A stretch of 63,748 bases of DNA, the filler included, from Phoronis australis (Eukaryota; Animalia; Phoronida), in assembly GCA_002633005.1 (NCBI GenBank). It is 8 parts of 8 records of this genome, joined end to end, with 100 filler letters (N's around TTAATTAATTAA, not from the genome) between each part and the next. Parts side by side here need not be neighbours in the genome. Positions count along the whole stretch, not along the records: positions 1 to 17,431 come from NMRA01000702.1; positions 17,532 to 22,663 come from NMRA01002414.1; positions 22,764 to 27,511 come from NMRA01001311.1; 5 more parts are not named here. One strand, given 5' to 3'. The notes below the pieces were generated by a model. The model worked only from the letters and a program-made list of their open reading frames with translations. It searched no databases and had not been told where the DNA came from. This document shows positions 12,572-25,198 of this stretch, piece after piece (the stretch's first letter is position 1; the number at the start of each line of letters is the position of its first letter). The position numbers and the translations under genes are program-made.

Positions 12572-15480
12572 TGTTGAATAGTGTTTGTAATGCTAGATGT
12601 TGTAAAGTATTGTACATTTTAAGTTACTTATTATGTTAAAAGTTTGCCTCATTTTGGGTTAATGAATAAAAATGATTACATTTGTATTGGACTTGTCATA
12701 CTTATCTGCTCGAACGAGCCCCCTTTGGAGAAATGGAAAAAGGTCTGCCTCAGTCAGAGAAGCCCGAACTCTGAAAAAAAGTAGAAAACGAGACGATATA
12801 TTCCACTAAAAGATAGGAAGTACCAAAATTTAGCGTCTGCAATTCATAACTCTGAACATACCCAGTGAATCTTATAGTAAAAGATAGACATTCCCAAAAA
12901 TTCCACCCCCCCCCATTGTTTAAGCTTGGTGCGCTAATACAAAGTCTGGGCGGAAAATCTTTGTTGAAAGCCAACAACTTTGCACAGTTCGCCAGAAGTA
13001 CCCAGGTTCTAAATAAACCTCGTTTGAGCGAGAGCTGTGGCCAGCGACCAGCTAGGCCTAAAGGTAGCCTTGGCTCAAAGCTGTATGGGTCTACTAACAA
13101 GCTAGCTGTATTTTGACGGTAGTCTTCATACTGGTGAGCTGGCACTGAGGCTACCTAAGGGCTGCCGCGGCAGTGCGACACAGGATTAACCAGCCCGTAA
13201 TTTTATGCAAGTGTCTGAAACTACCTTTGAATATATACGGCATTTATGATTTGAACATTTTACTTCGACAAAACAGCTTGCAACCGCATGCCTTTACCGT
13301 TCGGCTGCGTCTTGTCTCGATCCGCACCGGGTCCAATAGCCTGCGGTCCCGAGGCTGGCAAAATAATTTCTGTCAAAATTTATTCTCCACATTTCTTCAG
13401 CAAATTCGATAAAATTGTCCGTATTTTGATTTTATTAAAATTAAGGCGCGCTGCCCATTATTTTATCCCCGTTTACAGGCTGGTAACAGGCACTCACACT
13501 GACGGCGTTTTCTTAGCCTGGGTTCCTGAATGAATTGTACTTCCGGGTTCGCGGCAAGTTCAAAATGGCGGTTGTTCTTCGGTTGCGAATCGTGAGTGGC
13601 GCGTTCATTTAATTTTTTTTTCTAGTACGGATCGTGTATTAATTATGTGGTAGGTACTTCTTGGATCCTTATAACATCCTCTAACAATGTAATAAGGGTT
13701 AACATCGTGTGAGAGCAGGACTTTAAGATCGACAGAAACATGTAGGCCTACTAATGGATTGATTCGATATCTGTTTCTAAGAAGCCAATAGGAGCAAGTT
13801 GGTCATGGGCATTCAGTATCTGAGAATTATCAACAATCCAACCCTTTCTTGTCAAACATGTCTAAAGATTCAACCGAGCAACTTGATCGGAAACTGTTGT
13901 TTAAAATCAGTACATTTTTGGATGACCTTTGCAAGACTTCAGAAAAAGTGTGCTTGGACTTCCCATGACGTACAAGCGGCTTCTTTGGAAAATTGTGAAA
14001 GAAGTGGAAAATCGTCCACATGGGCTACCACTTCTGTTACTATGTGTCATTCACTACATATTGGTATGACTAAGAATGAATTCACTGTAGCCATAATGTA
14101 TGGGATACATGTTGTGTTGTACAGAGGCTATTGACTGCTGCGTGCATTCGTCATCATGCTGGCAATGGTGTATGTTTGAACATTTTTCATGGCAAGAGAT
14201 CTGATGGATCACGTTTATAGCTTATAATTGTTCTTAACATATATTTCAACAAAGGTGACAAAAGTTGATGATAGCAATTAGATAGGTGATTAAAAATTCT
14301 CCAGATTGAGACATCCTCCTAAATTCAGAACACAGAAATCATTGCCGAAGTTTAATTTTTTCATCTTGAAATTTGAGGCGTGAGTGATTTTTATATTTTC
14401 GTACTTTTCAAATTCCTAACGCTATGTCGTAGCATAACAGGTTGCAAGATTACTCTTGTTAGTTCATAAAAAGTGACTCCTATAACAAACATTTAATAAA
14501 TTGTTACCATTCCCCTTGAATTTCTGACAGACAATTGTGTGAATTTCTCAAAATTGTGACAAGCTCCCACTTTGAACAAAATAATTATTCACAGTCCCAA
14601 ACTAGAGAATTTTTGCGTAATCAATTTTTGAAATTCAGTGTGTAGTTAACTGTAAAAGTGATGGAGGGCTGTTCTTGTTTATAAGAGGATCTGCTTTAAG
14701 AAAAAAGATTGTAAAAGTGATGACAATTTATTGTTTAGCTTTTGATCTTAAGTGATGGTGTGGTAGTTTTCACCAGCTTTAAAAATGTCAGTGACAAAAG
14801 GTATAAATCATAAATGACAACAGATATCAATAGTCCATTTCAGTTAATGACTCTGAAGCAGATAATAGTGGCAGTACCCATGTGGTTAAAGAGTCATGAC
14901 ATAATGCTATCGACTTAAAAATCTTGAGGAACTTTCTGATATGTAAGCTACAAGTGTTTTTCTCACAAGAAATGATGTTTGTGTGTTGTCAAAATCAGTT
15001 GCATACTGAGTTAGCCACTGAATGATCTCAGTGCTTCATATGGTTAAGGGGATTTTGATCAAAGAATAATATTTATTTTAATTGGCTAGACTGATACATA
15101 CCAAGGGAACTTGTGCCATGTGATAAAATGTTACTGTTTACATATGTTTTGGAAAAAATAAATGGTTTAATGAGATCATGAAATGTTACAATTGTGTCGT
15201 TAGCATCTAACGTCAATGTATAATACGGGATTACTTTTACATAAACATTTAAAATGTTATATATTTTGGATTTCCTATATATAGTTAAGTTAAGAATGCA
15301 TGGCTACGTGACGTTCTCTGTACATTTGTTGCTTTGATAACACTATCACTGACTGTGTTACTCTATCAGAAATCAAAAATTAAAGGGCAATTTTGGCAGT
15401 AAAATCACCCATGAAAATCTTATTTTAATGATGTGGATTTCAGACTCTGTCTCAATTTTTGTACTTCAGGCTGACCTTAA

Positions 15481-16764
15481 AGGCGAAGGCAACCTTTTCT
15501 CATGTCACCTTTAGCAAAAATAAGGTTCGTTGATTATCCCAAACACATTTTTCACTTAATCACAGCTTTCCGTAATTTGATCAATTTCTCGTCGTCTACT
15601 CCGGAAGTGACGTTTTGGGAGGCAAGAGTTTCGCGCCAATTTCTTTTCATTATTGTCTGACTGTGAGAGCTGTCGAGTCAGTCGTTGTTCTGCCTCGGTT
15701 GTGATAAGTTCGGTCGTCGTTTGCTTTTGTTTACGAGTCAGTCAACATGCCACGCTGTTGCTGCGTGCCGGGATGTACTCATTATCGTATCACACGCGCT
15801 TTGGGTACCTTGCATCGCTTTCCGATACACTTCGCCGTACTTGGCTAGCTAGTTCATGTGAAGAACGCAGCGCTACTCGTCCACGCAACGTACAAAGCAG
15901 TGGAGGGTTACCGAGTGTGTGGCAAGCATTTTCTGCAGTCAGATTACGACAGAGATATGTACGCTGAATTGATGAAGGTCCCTGCGAAACAACGCTTGAA
16001 GAAGGGTTACCACGTCGCTGTTGATTCCCGGCAGTGCACCGTCGCCAACCCCGAGAAGTGCGTTATTGAAGCGAGAAGCCTCGCGAGCTGTGCCCACTAT
16101 ATACAGTGACTGGAGGCACTTCATCTACTATCACCCGTGCCTCCGAACGTACCCCATAGCGTGCAATTCCGGGAACTAGCAGTGATTCGCCCTGTGCTGT
16201 TGTCTCTAGCCCAGAGCCTGCAGCGATGTTGAGTAGTGGGAGTGAATACAGGCCCAGTTCGACGCCCAGTGAAGAGGACAGTTCGTCATCCAGTGAACAG
16301 ATCGATGAGCCTAAGTTTCATAAGTTTATTTTGGACTTGTATTGGAGCTATTTAAAAGGTGCCAGGTGTGTGGCGAGGGATGTAAGCAGTTTGGGTGCTC
16401 AGATCACCCTCCAGTGGGACTGTGTCGCGGGACACTCGGGCAAGTGGGACAGTTCTTCCTCTGTACGTGAGACGATAACGAATACGCAGCAACAGCGTGG
16501 CATGTTGACTGACTCGTAAGCAAAAGCAAACGACGACCGAACTTATCACAACGGAGGTAGAACAATGACTGACTCGACTGCTCTCACAGTCAGACTATAT
16601 GAAAAGAAATTGGCGCGAAATTCTTGCCTCCCAAAACGTCACTTCCGGAGTAGACGACGAGTAATTAATTAAATTACGAAAAGCTGTAAGTGAAAAACAT
16701 GTCTGGGATAATCAACGAACCTTATTTTTGCTAAAATTGACATGAAAAAAGGTTGCCTTCGCCT
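15481..16764 (+). mobile_element. Fold-back Kolobok-like DNA transposon derivative with ~285-bp TIRs and a THAP-domain remnant
   Basis: TTAA on both sides; AGG...CCT termini; 15481-15766 is mirrored at 16484-16764. Internal broken frames give MPRCCCVPGC..LHRFP, YRVCGKHF..RLKKG (THAP signature) and GAQITLQWDCVAGHSGKWDS. Confidence 0.75.
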
Positions 16765-16865
16765 TTAATGGGCTGCTGGGTTCCTTGTTAAAGTGTAAAT
16801 TGCAAGGTCTAAGTATGTTAAATTGTAATAATATTTTCAAGATATTGTTAGTTGGATATATCACT

Positions 16866-17280
16866 TTTTTCATAGCTATTAAATGTCGGTACAATACCCT
16901 TTGCTGAACATGCGATTGTTTCACGTGCTGGTTTAAGTATTCGTTTTCACGTTCGATGACGTCAGCCGCTGAGTGGTGTAGTGGTAAAGTCGGCGACTCG
17001 AAACTTTGAGGCCCGGGTTCGAAACCGCCCTCGGTTTCCCGCCAAAATGTCATCTCACTGGTGGGATAACTAAATGGATTATTACACGGTTGTATTTGCC
17101 ATTCGACGCGCAACAATCGCATGTTCAGCAAAGGGCATTGCACCGACATTTATACGCTATGAAAAAAGACGCATAATTTCCGTAAAAACGATATTTCAAT
17201 TCAGTGAAATTTTTCTCTCGTGTTCTCTCACTTGTAAATCACTCGCTGGTGCCCTACGTGTCTAGCCAGCACGCAGGTAT
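16866..17280 (+). mobile_element. Inverted-repeat element enclosing a tRNA-like cassette (~16965-17035)
   Basis: ~16866-16925 is the inverse of ~17106-17167; A box TGGTGTAGTGGTAAA and B box GGTTCGAAACC lie between them; homologous copy at ~53235-53520. Confidence 0.65.
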
Positions 17281-17431
17281 CACTTAATTTTCCTCGGTAA
17301 AATTTTTTACACCGGCGTTTCTGATTGGCTAGTCGAATTTTTAACAGGCAGCGCTTTACGCAAACAAACTGGAATGACTGACGGACTGCAGTGTAAATGT
17401 TGTCTGTTGAGCAGACAAATCGGTGTTTAAA

Positions 17432-17531
17432 NNNNNNNNNNNNNNNNNNNNNNNNNNNNNNNNNNNNNNNNNNNNTTAATTAATTAANNNNNNNNNNNNN
17501 NNNNNNNNNNNNNNNNNNNNNNNNNNNNNNN
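17432..17531. other. Artificial 100-bp scaffold spacer N44-TTAATTAATTAA-N44 (also at 22664, 27512, 31499, 34504, 58470 and ~62299)
   Basis: An identical 12-mer with stops in all six frames is centred in N runs seven times. Confidence 0.95.
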
Positions 17532-20345
17532 CAAAGACTTGAATGTACTGTATACATCATATATGCTCTGCAGTAAGAGCAATGATGTGAATGAAAAGAT
17601 GGAATGAATTAATGGACTACTGACAAATGGCAAATCCAAAATGATGGTGTATCCCATGATGGATTATTCCAGGTTAAATCTCGCCCATTTCAGACAAAAA
17701 ATAATTACTTTAAAGTCAATAATTTTCATTTTTAGTCTGATGTTGAGAATGGATTTAATTTAAAAAAACATTATTTGGTGGTGGGAATGATATAGAATTT
17801 CAAAATGATAAAATATTTATTACGTGATACATATCTTGTATGAAAAAATGAAAAAAAAATTTACGTGTCCGCCATGTTGTGCCTTCAATAGGTGAGATTT
17901 TACCAAACGTAGTTCCACATTTTTAAGACTAGAATTTAATCACGTCTGAAATAATTGTTTGCATTACGCTGTTGTACAGTGGTTGGCATAAATTAAAGGC
18001 ATCAAAAAATAAATTGTTTATTGTATCAAAATTTCCAAACAACCCCATTTAATTAATAAAGTCCAATATGTTAATTATGTCTAACAAGCGGAAACCAAGG
18101 AAGGAGTTTCAACGCACGTTTTTCCTGAGCACGGGCATACTTGGACACACAGCTTACTTTTGTAATTGACATCTACAAAAAATTACCAGCAACACTCCAT
18201 GTACTGTAATTATATAATACTGATTTCAATGAATAAAGTGCCAAGGCTAACAACACAAAGCAATGGCAGCAACTCCCATCTAGTGGTCAGGCAAGGAACT
18301 AGCTTAATCCATAGTACTATGGACCCCAGAAGAGCACAGACAAAGTTATTTGAGTGCTATCATGAGCAACAGTATCGTTTCTTTTAAGCCTGGAAATCAC
18401 TTTCACCTTGAGGAACAAATCCGGGAGTCCGTTTCAACAATAATTTGGTCTTGCGATCCCACTTTATGCAGTGCCTGAGTAAAAATTTAGCCAAGTACGA
18501 ATTGTACACACATCAATGTCTAGAAATAATAGAAATTAGTTGAGTAACTAACAGTGATGGGGATATTCTCTGACACTGCGTACTTGCTCTTGTGAAATTA
18601 CATGATTTTTGAATAACCAGTTGCGTGGAGTACAAGACCAAATTTCTGTCTTAAGTGTTAAGTCGTAGATCCCAGCATAACAGCATATAAGGTAACACCA
18701 ATGATTAGAGTATCATGGCATACAGTAACACCAATGAGTTACTCGCTAGTGTTGACAGAACGACTTCATTTGCTTTCTACATTTAATATTTACAGAGTTT
18801 CACCTTGAACTGATTGGTAGAATTACATAACTTTGGTATGAAAACGCTATACTATATGTCTAAAACAAATCACAGCCAACACATGCTACATGTATACAAA
18901 AATCAAACGTTTATCAATGTTTTAAGTCTACATAGCCATGCAACCAAAATTCTGCAATGCTAGAAAGATTAAATTCTTGTAAACCATTAACAATTCATTC
19001 ATTCATCCTATTAATCTGCTCTTTCTCAAACTACACACCGTAAATGTGGTCAGTGTAAGACTGGGTACTTCGTATTTAAACACAAGGTGGCGCAGCAGTT
19101 CAGTGTCGGCAATCAAAACCACCTTGACCAAACCTGTATTAACACCACAGCCTGACTTGTGGGTTAAGAAGACGATACAGAATGATGTCACCTCATAAAG
19201 TTAATGACTGCATTGTGTAACGGTAAAGACTGGTGTGTTCCCAGTCTGTTGAGATCACACGCATCGCCACGCATTGCATGCACAGCACATCATCTCACCA
19301 TGAGGGGGTGTTGCTTTTTGTGACCAGCGAAATATAATTGTACCGTGCATGAACTTGAAAATCGTGCTTTTCTCACTTTTTGTGAAGCGTGATTTGATCT
19401 GAAGCTCACCATGGTTGAGATGACCAGCACTAAAAATCAACCGTGTACCACCGTGAACCATGGAACAACAATTATGTCATGCAAAAAAGATGATGCGCCC
19501 CCTCAGTCACTTCACTCCGGGCACTAACTGTCACTCGTGAGCTTCTTGCGTATCAGACCACGCCCCTAGGTATACAATGACTCGCACCTCATTGGTAAGA
19601 GTATCTATGAGCCCAGTCACCTGACTGTCTAGCGTGCATTATCTAGTGTGCGCACCAGGTGAACTAAATAACATATACATTACTTTTCAAAATACAATTG
19701 ACAACGCAAAACCATTGTTTCAAAGTGTAGTCAATTTTCCATATCCTTACTACAACTCTAGCAAAATGTAATTGAAATAAATACTATAATTCTGTACTCA
19801 TTTATTTAGAGACAGTTTACTGCCTACTTCTACTAGCTTAAGACTACTCCCCAACGACAAGAACAATCCTGTCATATTTCAACAACATTGCTATTTCATA
19901 GCAACACATCAATTTTACTCCATCCATTGCAGCAACACCACATTCATCTCCTGACGTCTGAAAATCAGTAATCAGAAGATAAATGGTCAAGGGAGCATTG
20001 GCCTTTAGAAGAAAAACTTGTTGAAAAGTCAGGGGTAGGCATTTACCCAAACTACAGATTCGTGTTTGAGCAAGGAAATCATATTAAAGTCAGTTATTTC
20101 ACATGCAATAATCAAAATGAAACTCGGTTTATCACAGACATTATAATTAGAATTGGAATTCTTACACGTGCTACTCTCAGAACTGCCTTGAAGCAACTAA
20201 AAGCCAAAGGACAGCAATTTGAGGTGGATGTATAAGCCAACACGAGTGTTAAAGAAGACTTTTGAAAGTGAGGGATGCGTGTTTAGCTGTCAGAACAAGT
20301 GCATTACTCAGACAAAAACTAACGGTATTTACACCCCTTGTGACA

Positions 20346-22580
20346 TCACAAGACACACTGGCGTCCCTGTAGCAGGTCTCTTGCCATGCGCTCCTGCCTG
20401 GCAGCATAGCGCTCCCTGTCGTCGGGGTCAATACTCTGAGCCTGGTGCAGCAACAGGCGGTGGTGCATTTCATGTTCCTCTTTGAACACTCTGGCACCCT
20501 TGTACATCACTTCCTCGGCCTTCTTAGATGAGCAGCGTTTACATATTCTCAGACTTTCTATAAGTGCCTTAAAAACATCACAGGAATAATGGAATATATA
20601 CTTTATATATTGTTGAATTGAAAATCCTTAACTTTCGAGCAAGGAACCCAATATAAAGTAGCTCTTTAAAGGCACAATGCAGTGCGATGGAAATTATCAG
20701 AACACCTATGGGTAGAGTTCAGTAACGCTAGAACCTACACTAAAATCTAGCCAAAATCATGACTTTGTTCTCAATAAAAAAATACACAGCAATATCTCAG
20801 GGCTGTTCCAGTAAAATCTGTGTGGGAGGGGGGGACGGCAGTAGAAATAAAAATTCATGGGTGGTGGTCTTCAGAAAAAAACTCAAATTATGGGTGTTGT
20901 TCCTGTAAGAAGTGATGCATTAAAAATGGGTGGTATTTTTTGACCTGTTAATGTTGACAGGTTGGTTACTTCAGCCATCAAAACTCAAAAAAATGCAATT
21001 GTCATATATCCTAACTTATTCCAATACAAAAAATCCCATATTGCCAGTGAACAGAGTGCAATATGTTCACTTAGCCATTAATCAAGTCATGGGCAACTTG
21101 ATTTGAGCCTACTGTTGGTCTGCAGTCCTATTGAATTGAAAAGTTATGCATCACTAAACTGGTGAGAACACATATAAGAAAATTGATGATTTTTAAATAA
21201 AAAGTATGAGGAGTAAGATAAACAAGTTCCAATATTCACTTGACATAGAAGTATAGAAGAGTTCGTGGAGACAGTTTGAGATTCATAAATCCTTATAATT
21301 GTAAAAATGTTCAATGAAATTATAGACACATGGTGATCAGAGCCACCTGGTGGCTGCCAAAAGTATTGCTCACAGGTTACTTTAGTTTTTGACAATATTG
21401 GACAAGACAACTAGTTCTTGTCTGTCAATCATCTAAGTTCTGAACAGGTCCTCCTGGAGGCAATTTGTTTGCAAGTGTTGGATTTTATATTTTAACCTAT
21501 TAAAAATAATTAAAAAATTATGGGTCATGGGTTGGGGAAATAAATGAAAAATACTGGCGGTGGGTACGAAATAAAAGTGCCTCCCCCCCCTCCCATACAG
21601 ATTTTGCTGGAACAGCCCTCACATAATCTCTTGCTTTTTAGCGAGGTCCTAGCATTACTGAACTCAGGCTTTGTCTAATATACATCCATGACTCAAACGT
21701 GTTGAGCCACGGGTATTTCTTAAAATAGGATTCTGTACACTACTACTTTGCAAATCCACAAAATGCTGACTAACTAGTAAGTCCCACAACAGTGGAAACT
21801 GGCAAAATTTCAAGCCAATTCAGGATTAACAAATACAGACAAAAGCAGCTTAATTAGCTTCGCTGGTGTGGTTCTGACTATTTGGGTTTTTTATTTCATT
21901 TCCTTTTAAACCAGTTTTCCAGGAGGTAACTTTCTCAAGAACCTTGGGCCTGTTTCAAGAACCTAACTTAAGTTTTGTTTTAGCTAAGTCACTTCCTAGT
22001 CGTAAAAGCCTCAACTATAAGCCAGGAGTCACAAACTACAAGGAATTTCAGAAAATAGGCCCATGGGCGGATATTCGGAAAACGGCCTTTCAAAACCATC
22101 AAATAAAGTCGAATATATGCCTGGGCGTAATTTCGAAAACTGTGTTATTAAAAGTCCTTGATGCTCTGCTCATACGGTTGCCAGTAGTGTCACTCTGTCA
22201 ATATCTTGTTAGGATATTTTATTTTAGTCATCGTGATCCAAAAATATAATGTTATGCCAAAGAAACAAAACTTTCCATCAGACTCTAAACATATGAATTT
22301 TAGAACAATCGATCATATTTTCAAAACATGCAACAAGTTACAGAAAACTCGCCCATAGGTGCACTTTTGGAAAAATTCCCAAAAATCCACCCATGGGAGT
22401 ACAATTGGGTTGGCCCACTTTTTAAAAATTCCATTTCGTAGAACTGCTTTAAAGTGACATGCGACTTGTGTTTACCTCGGGTACCATAACATCCATGACA
22501 TAACTTGTTGCCTCAACTTTGACTTTGCCTGGCTGCCATTCTTTGTACCACTTCATCAGGGTCCCTGTCAACACACCGAT
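20346..22580 (-). CDS. PWWP3A/MUM1-like protein, last two exons: 22580-22476 and 20567-20346; upstream exons are not visible (gap at 22664)
   Basis: Phase-0 GT-AG exons join to IGVLTGTLMKWYKEW...YVMDVMVPE|ALIESLRICKRCSSKKAEEVMYKG...EHEMHHRLLL...CVL*. This resembles the recalled PWWP3A C-terminal domain (FILDVLLPEAIICAI...AEEKYIKG). Confidence 0.7.
20710..21665 (+). mobile_element. Short GGG-terminated MITE interrupted by a second MITE
   Basis: GGGTAGAGTTCAGTAACGCTAG ... CTAGCATTACTGAACTC; uninterrupted relatives at 24981-25198 and ~56457-56590. Confidence 0.7.
20800..21618. mobile_element. PIF/Harbinger-type MITE (819 bp)
   Basis: TIR GGGCTGTTCCAG(T/C)AAAATCTGT(G/A)TGGGAGGGGG; 3-bp TSD TCA, confirmed by the empty site ATATC-TCA-CATAA in the copy at ~25133-25145. 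Confidence 0.85.
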
Positions 22581-22763
22581 CTGTAAATAGCAAGAATTAG
22601 AAAATCTATCTCCCTCCTCGGTTAACCACTTCATCAGGGTCCCTGTCAACACACCAATCTGTANNNNNNNNNNNNNNNNNNNNNNNNNNNNNNNNNNNNN
22701 NNNNNNNTTAATTAATTAANNNNNNNNNNNNNNNNNNNNNNNNNNNNNNNNNNNNNNNNNNNN

Positions 22764-22914
22764 AAGCGCTTGCCTCCTAAAACGTCACTTCCGGAAAAGC
22801 GGACGAGTAATTAATAAAATTACGAAAAGCTGTAATTAAGTGAAAAATATGTCTAGGATAACCAACCAACCTTATTTTAGCTCAAAATGACATGGAAAAG
22901 GGTTGCCTTCGCCT
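22764..22914. mobile_element. Terminal fragment of the same Kolobok-like family as 15481-16764, cut by a gap
   Basis: Matches 16622-16764 and ends GGTTGCCTTCGCCT|TTAA. Confidence 0.8.
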
Positions 22915-24980
22915 TTAATTTTAGTACCTGCGCCTGCCGTCTAGCGTCAGGAAAGAGAACTGAACAGGCTGTTATGTCTAATGCAAAATTCATCGCATCT
23001 TGGTGCTATGCTCCTCTAGACGTGCACATTTTTACCTGTACTGTATGTAAAGCCAATAGGCTGTTGCAGAATAATCTCGGATCAGACTATATCAGTGGCA
23101 ACATCTGAGGGTCAAATTAACTTTGCCGACACATTTAGCATGTTGAAGGTTTAAATGTTAATTTTATCATTGGCTTGCTAGCGGCTGTATTACAATTTGC
23201 CAGAGGTCGTTGTAACACAACTATTTGAGCTAGCGTTACTATTGGCGCGACTTGAGATTTTGACGCCTATGAAAGCCACAAGTTTTGGGATTTTTTCTCC
23301 AAGTTTCGCAAGAACACAAACACCAAGTTTTCTCTTGCCCATGTTATGTGGAGGAAACTACATAATTTTATGGTAAAACGAGAAACTTGTAATCTTTACC
23401 AAATAAATGTTTCATTCAAATATTGACGTAAATTTAGAAAAGGGAATTTAATGTATTTTTGTCTTCAGTACCAAACTCTGCCAGAAATGGTAATCTAATT
23501 TTCGTTATTGGGGTGATATTAAACAGATATTCACTCATCTCTCCCTCGGCGAACGCGCAGATTTGCCACTGAGCTAATGATGCGGCCAGAGTAACAGTTA
23601 GTACGTTAAACGCTGTGAACATTTCGATCACACTAAGTACGTAAATGTTCTAGATTTATGATGCTGTTTAACAAAAATCATATTTTTGTATCTAAAACCC
23701 GAACATAAAGATACAAATGTAATTTCCATCGAGTTCTTATTTCACGAGCAACAGACCCTTTCTCATCTCAATTCAATTCTTAAAAATACATATTTTCTGA
23801 GTAACCGCCAGGCAGATTCGACGTAGTAATCGTCAGGTGTAAAGCACGCGCTTAGTAACTTCTTTCAGTGGTGAAAAGAATTGCGGTTCATTAGAAAAGA
23901 CCTGGATTACGGTTGGTGAGGAAAGACCTAAAGATTTTAAGATAAGAATTGCGTTAACGTGAAGGAACGCTGTCCATCATGACCATGGGGGAGCACGTTC
24001 GTTTACCCTGTAAATATTCTATTTTCTGTACTTTATTTTTGGTTGTTTGAGTCGCATATGCTGATGCTACGATGCTTTGTGTGAATACGTTTTGTGAGTT
24101 TCTGAGTGCTAAATGTTGTCTTTTTCCCCGTAAATAGAGCACATTGACGGTTTTATAAGGTGGCACGAAGGGACTCTCCTTTGAAGATGTACTGTTCAGC
24201 TGCCATATTTGATATTTTGATAACACATTTAACTCACTGTATATCTTGTCGTATAAGTATGAAATGTATGAACCAAAAATTTCAGTGTTGACCTAGCACA
24301 TTTGTGGGACTTTCCATTGATATAGATACTTCTACTTTACTCGCTTTGAATGGCATACCCTACATGCAAAAACTGCACAGGGGTCTTTCTCACGCGGCAC
24401 GAATGTTCACCGGCTTTGGTCTATAATGAAGCCAGTCAGTGGCAGTCTCAGCCAGGTTATAGACAAAATATTGCCCACATAGATCACGAAAACTAAAGGC
24501 CTTAGAAAGGTAGGGTTGGGGAACGCCATACTCAAACTTGATGTTGTCATAGCAAGATATACAGTCACACGAAACGCCGGTCATGAATGTTTCCTGTGAT
24601 GTCATCGTTCTTAATTAATTTACTCAAAAGCTTAACAGCTGATATAGCCTCTGCAGCCTTCGTCGAGCTGTCGAAAATACAACCATGTTCCGGACTAGCG
24701 ATTTTGTTATTTGGAAAACACGGTGAGTTGAATCGGACGATAGGTGTCGCATCAGTGGTGCTCACATCACTAGCGCAGCAATAATGCTTGGACCGTGGAG
24801 TTGAAATTAAAATACGATTACTGTGCGGAAGGGACCAATCTGTGACCTTGTTGAGATGTTCAGCATTCGTTGCTAATTGTTACTCGGCGTCATTTCTGTG
24901 AGCAATCTTGAGAGGAATAAATCGGAGCCCTCTAGCTAGTCTTTGCTATGGTAGCCTACTGGTCTTACTACTAGGGTACT

Positions 24981-25198
24981 GGGTAAATTTCAGTTACGCT
25001 AGGACATATGCTTACGCTAGGACCTACGCTATGACCTACGCTATGACCTACGCTATGACCTACGCTATGACCTACGCTATGACCTCACTAAAATCTAGCC
25101 AAGATCATGTGTTCTAATTTAAAATTCACAGCAATATCTCACATAATCTCGCAAAGTCTTGCTTTTTAGTGAGGTCCTTGTGTTACGGAACTCTACCC
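24981..25198 (+). mobile_element. MITE (same family as 20710) with an internal 12-bp tandem array
   Basis: GGGTAAATTTCAGTTACGCTAG ... GTTACGGAACTCTACCC; (GACCTACGCTAT)n at ~25021-25085. Confidence 0.75.

Noticed and set aside
13441-14200. TTAAGG-starting segment with a possible decayed transposase frame
   Set aside because: No matching right end or diagnostic motif could be established by eye
17476-17487. Recurrent palindrome TTAATTAATTAA as a biological motif
   Set aside because: Always centred in N runs; an assembly spacer
22476-22581. Alternative frame ..QSQS-TGA-GNKLCHGC suggesting selenocysteine read-through
   Set aside because: The other frame is stop-free, splices in phase to the next exon and resembles PWWP3A; no SECIS was recognised
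24908-25117. ORF with YAMT repeats
   Set aside because: Translation of the 12-bp array inside a MITE
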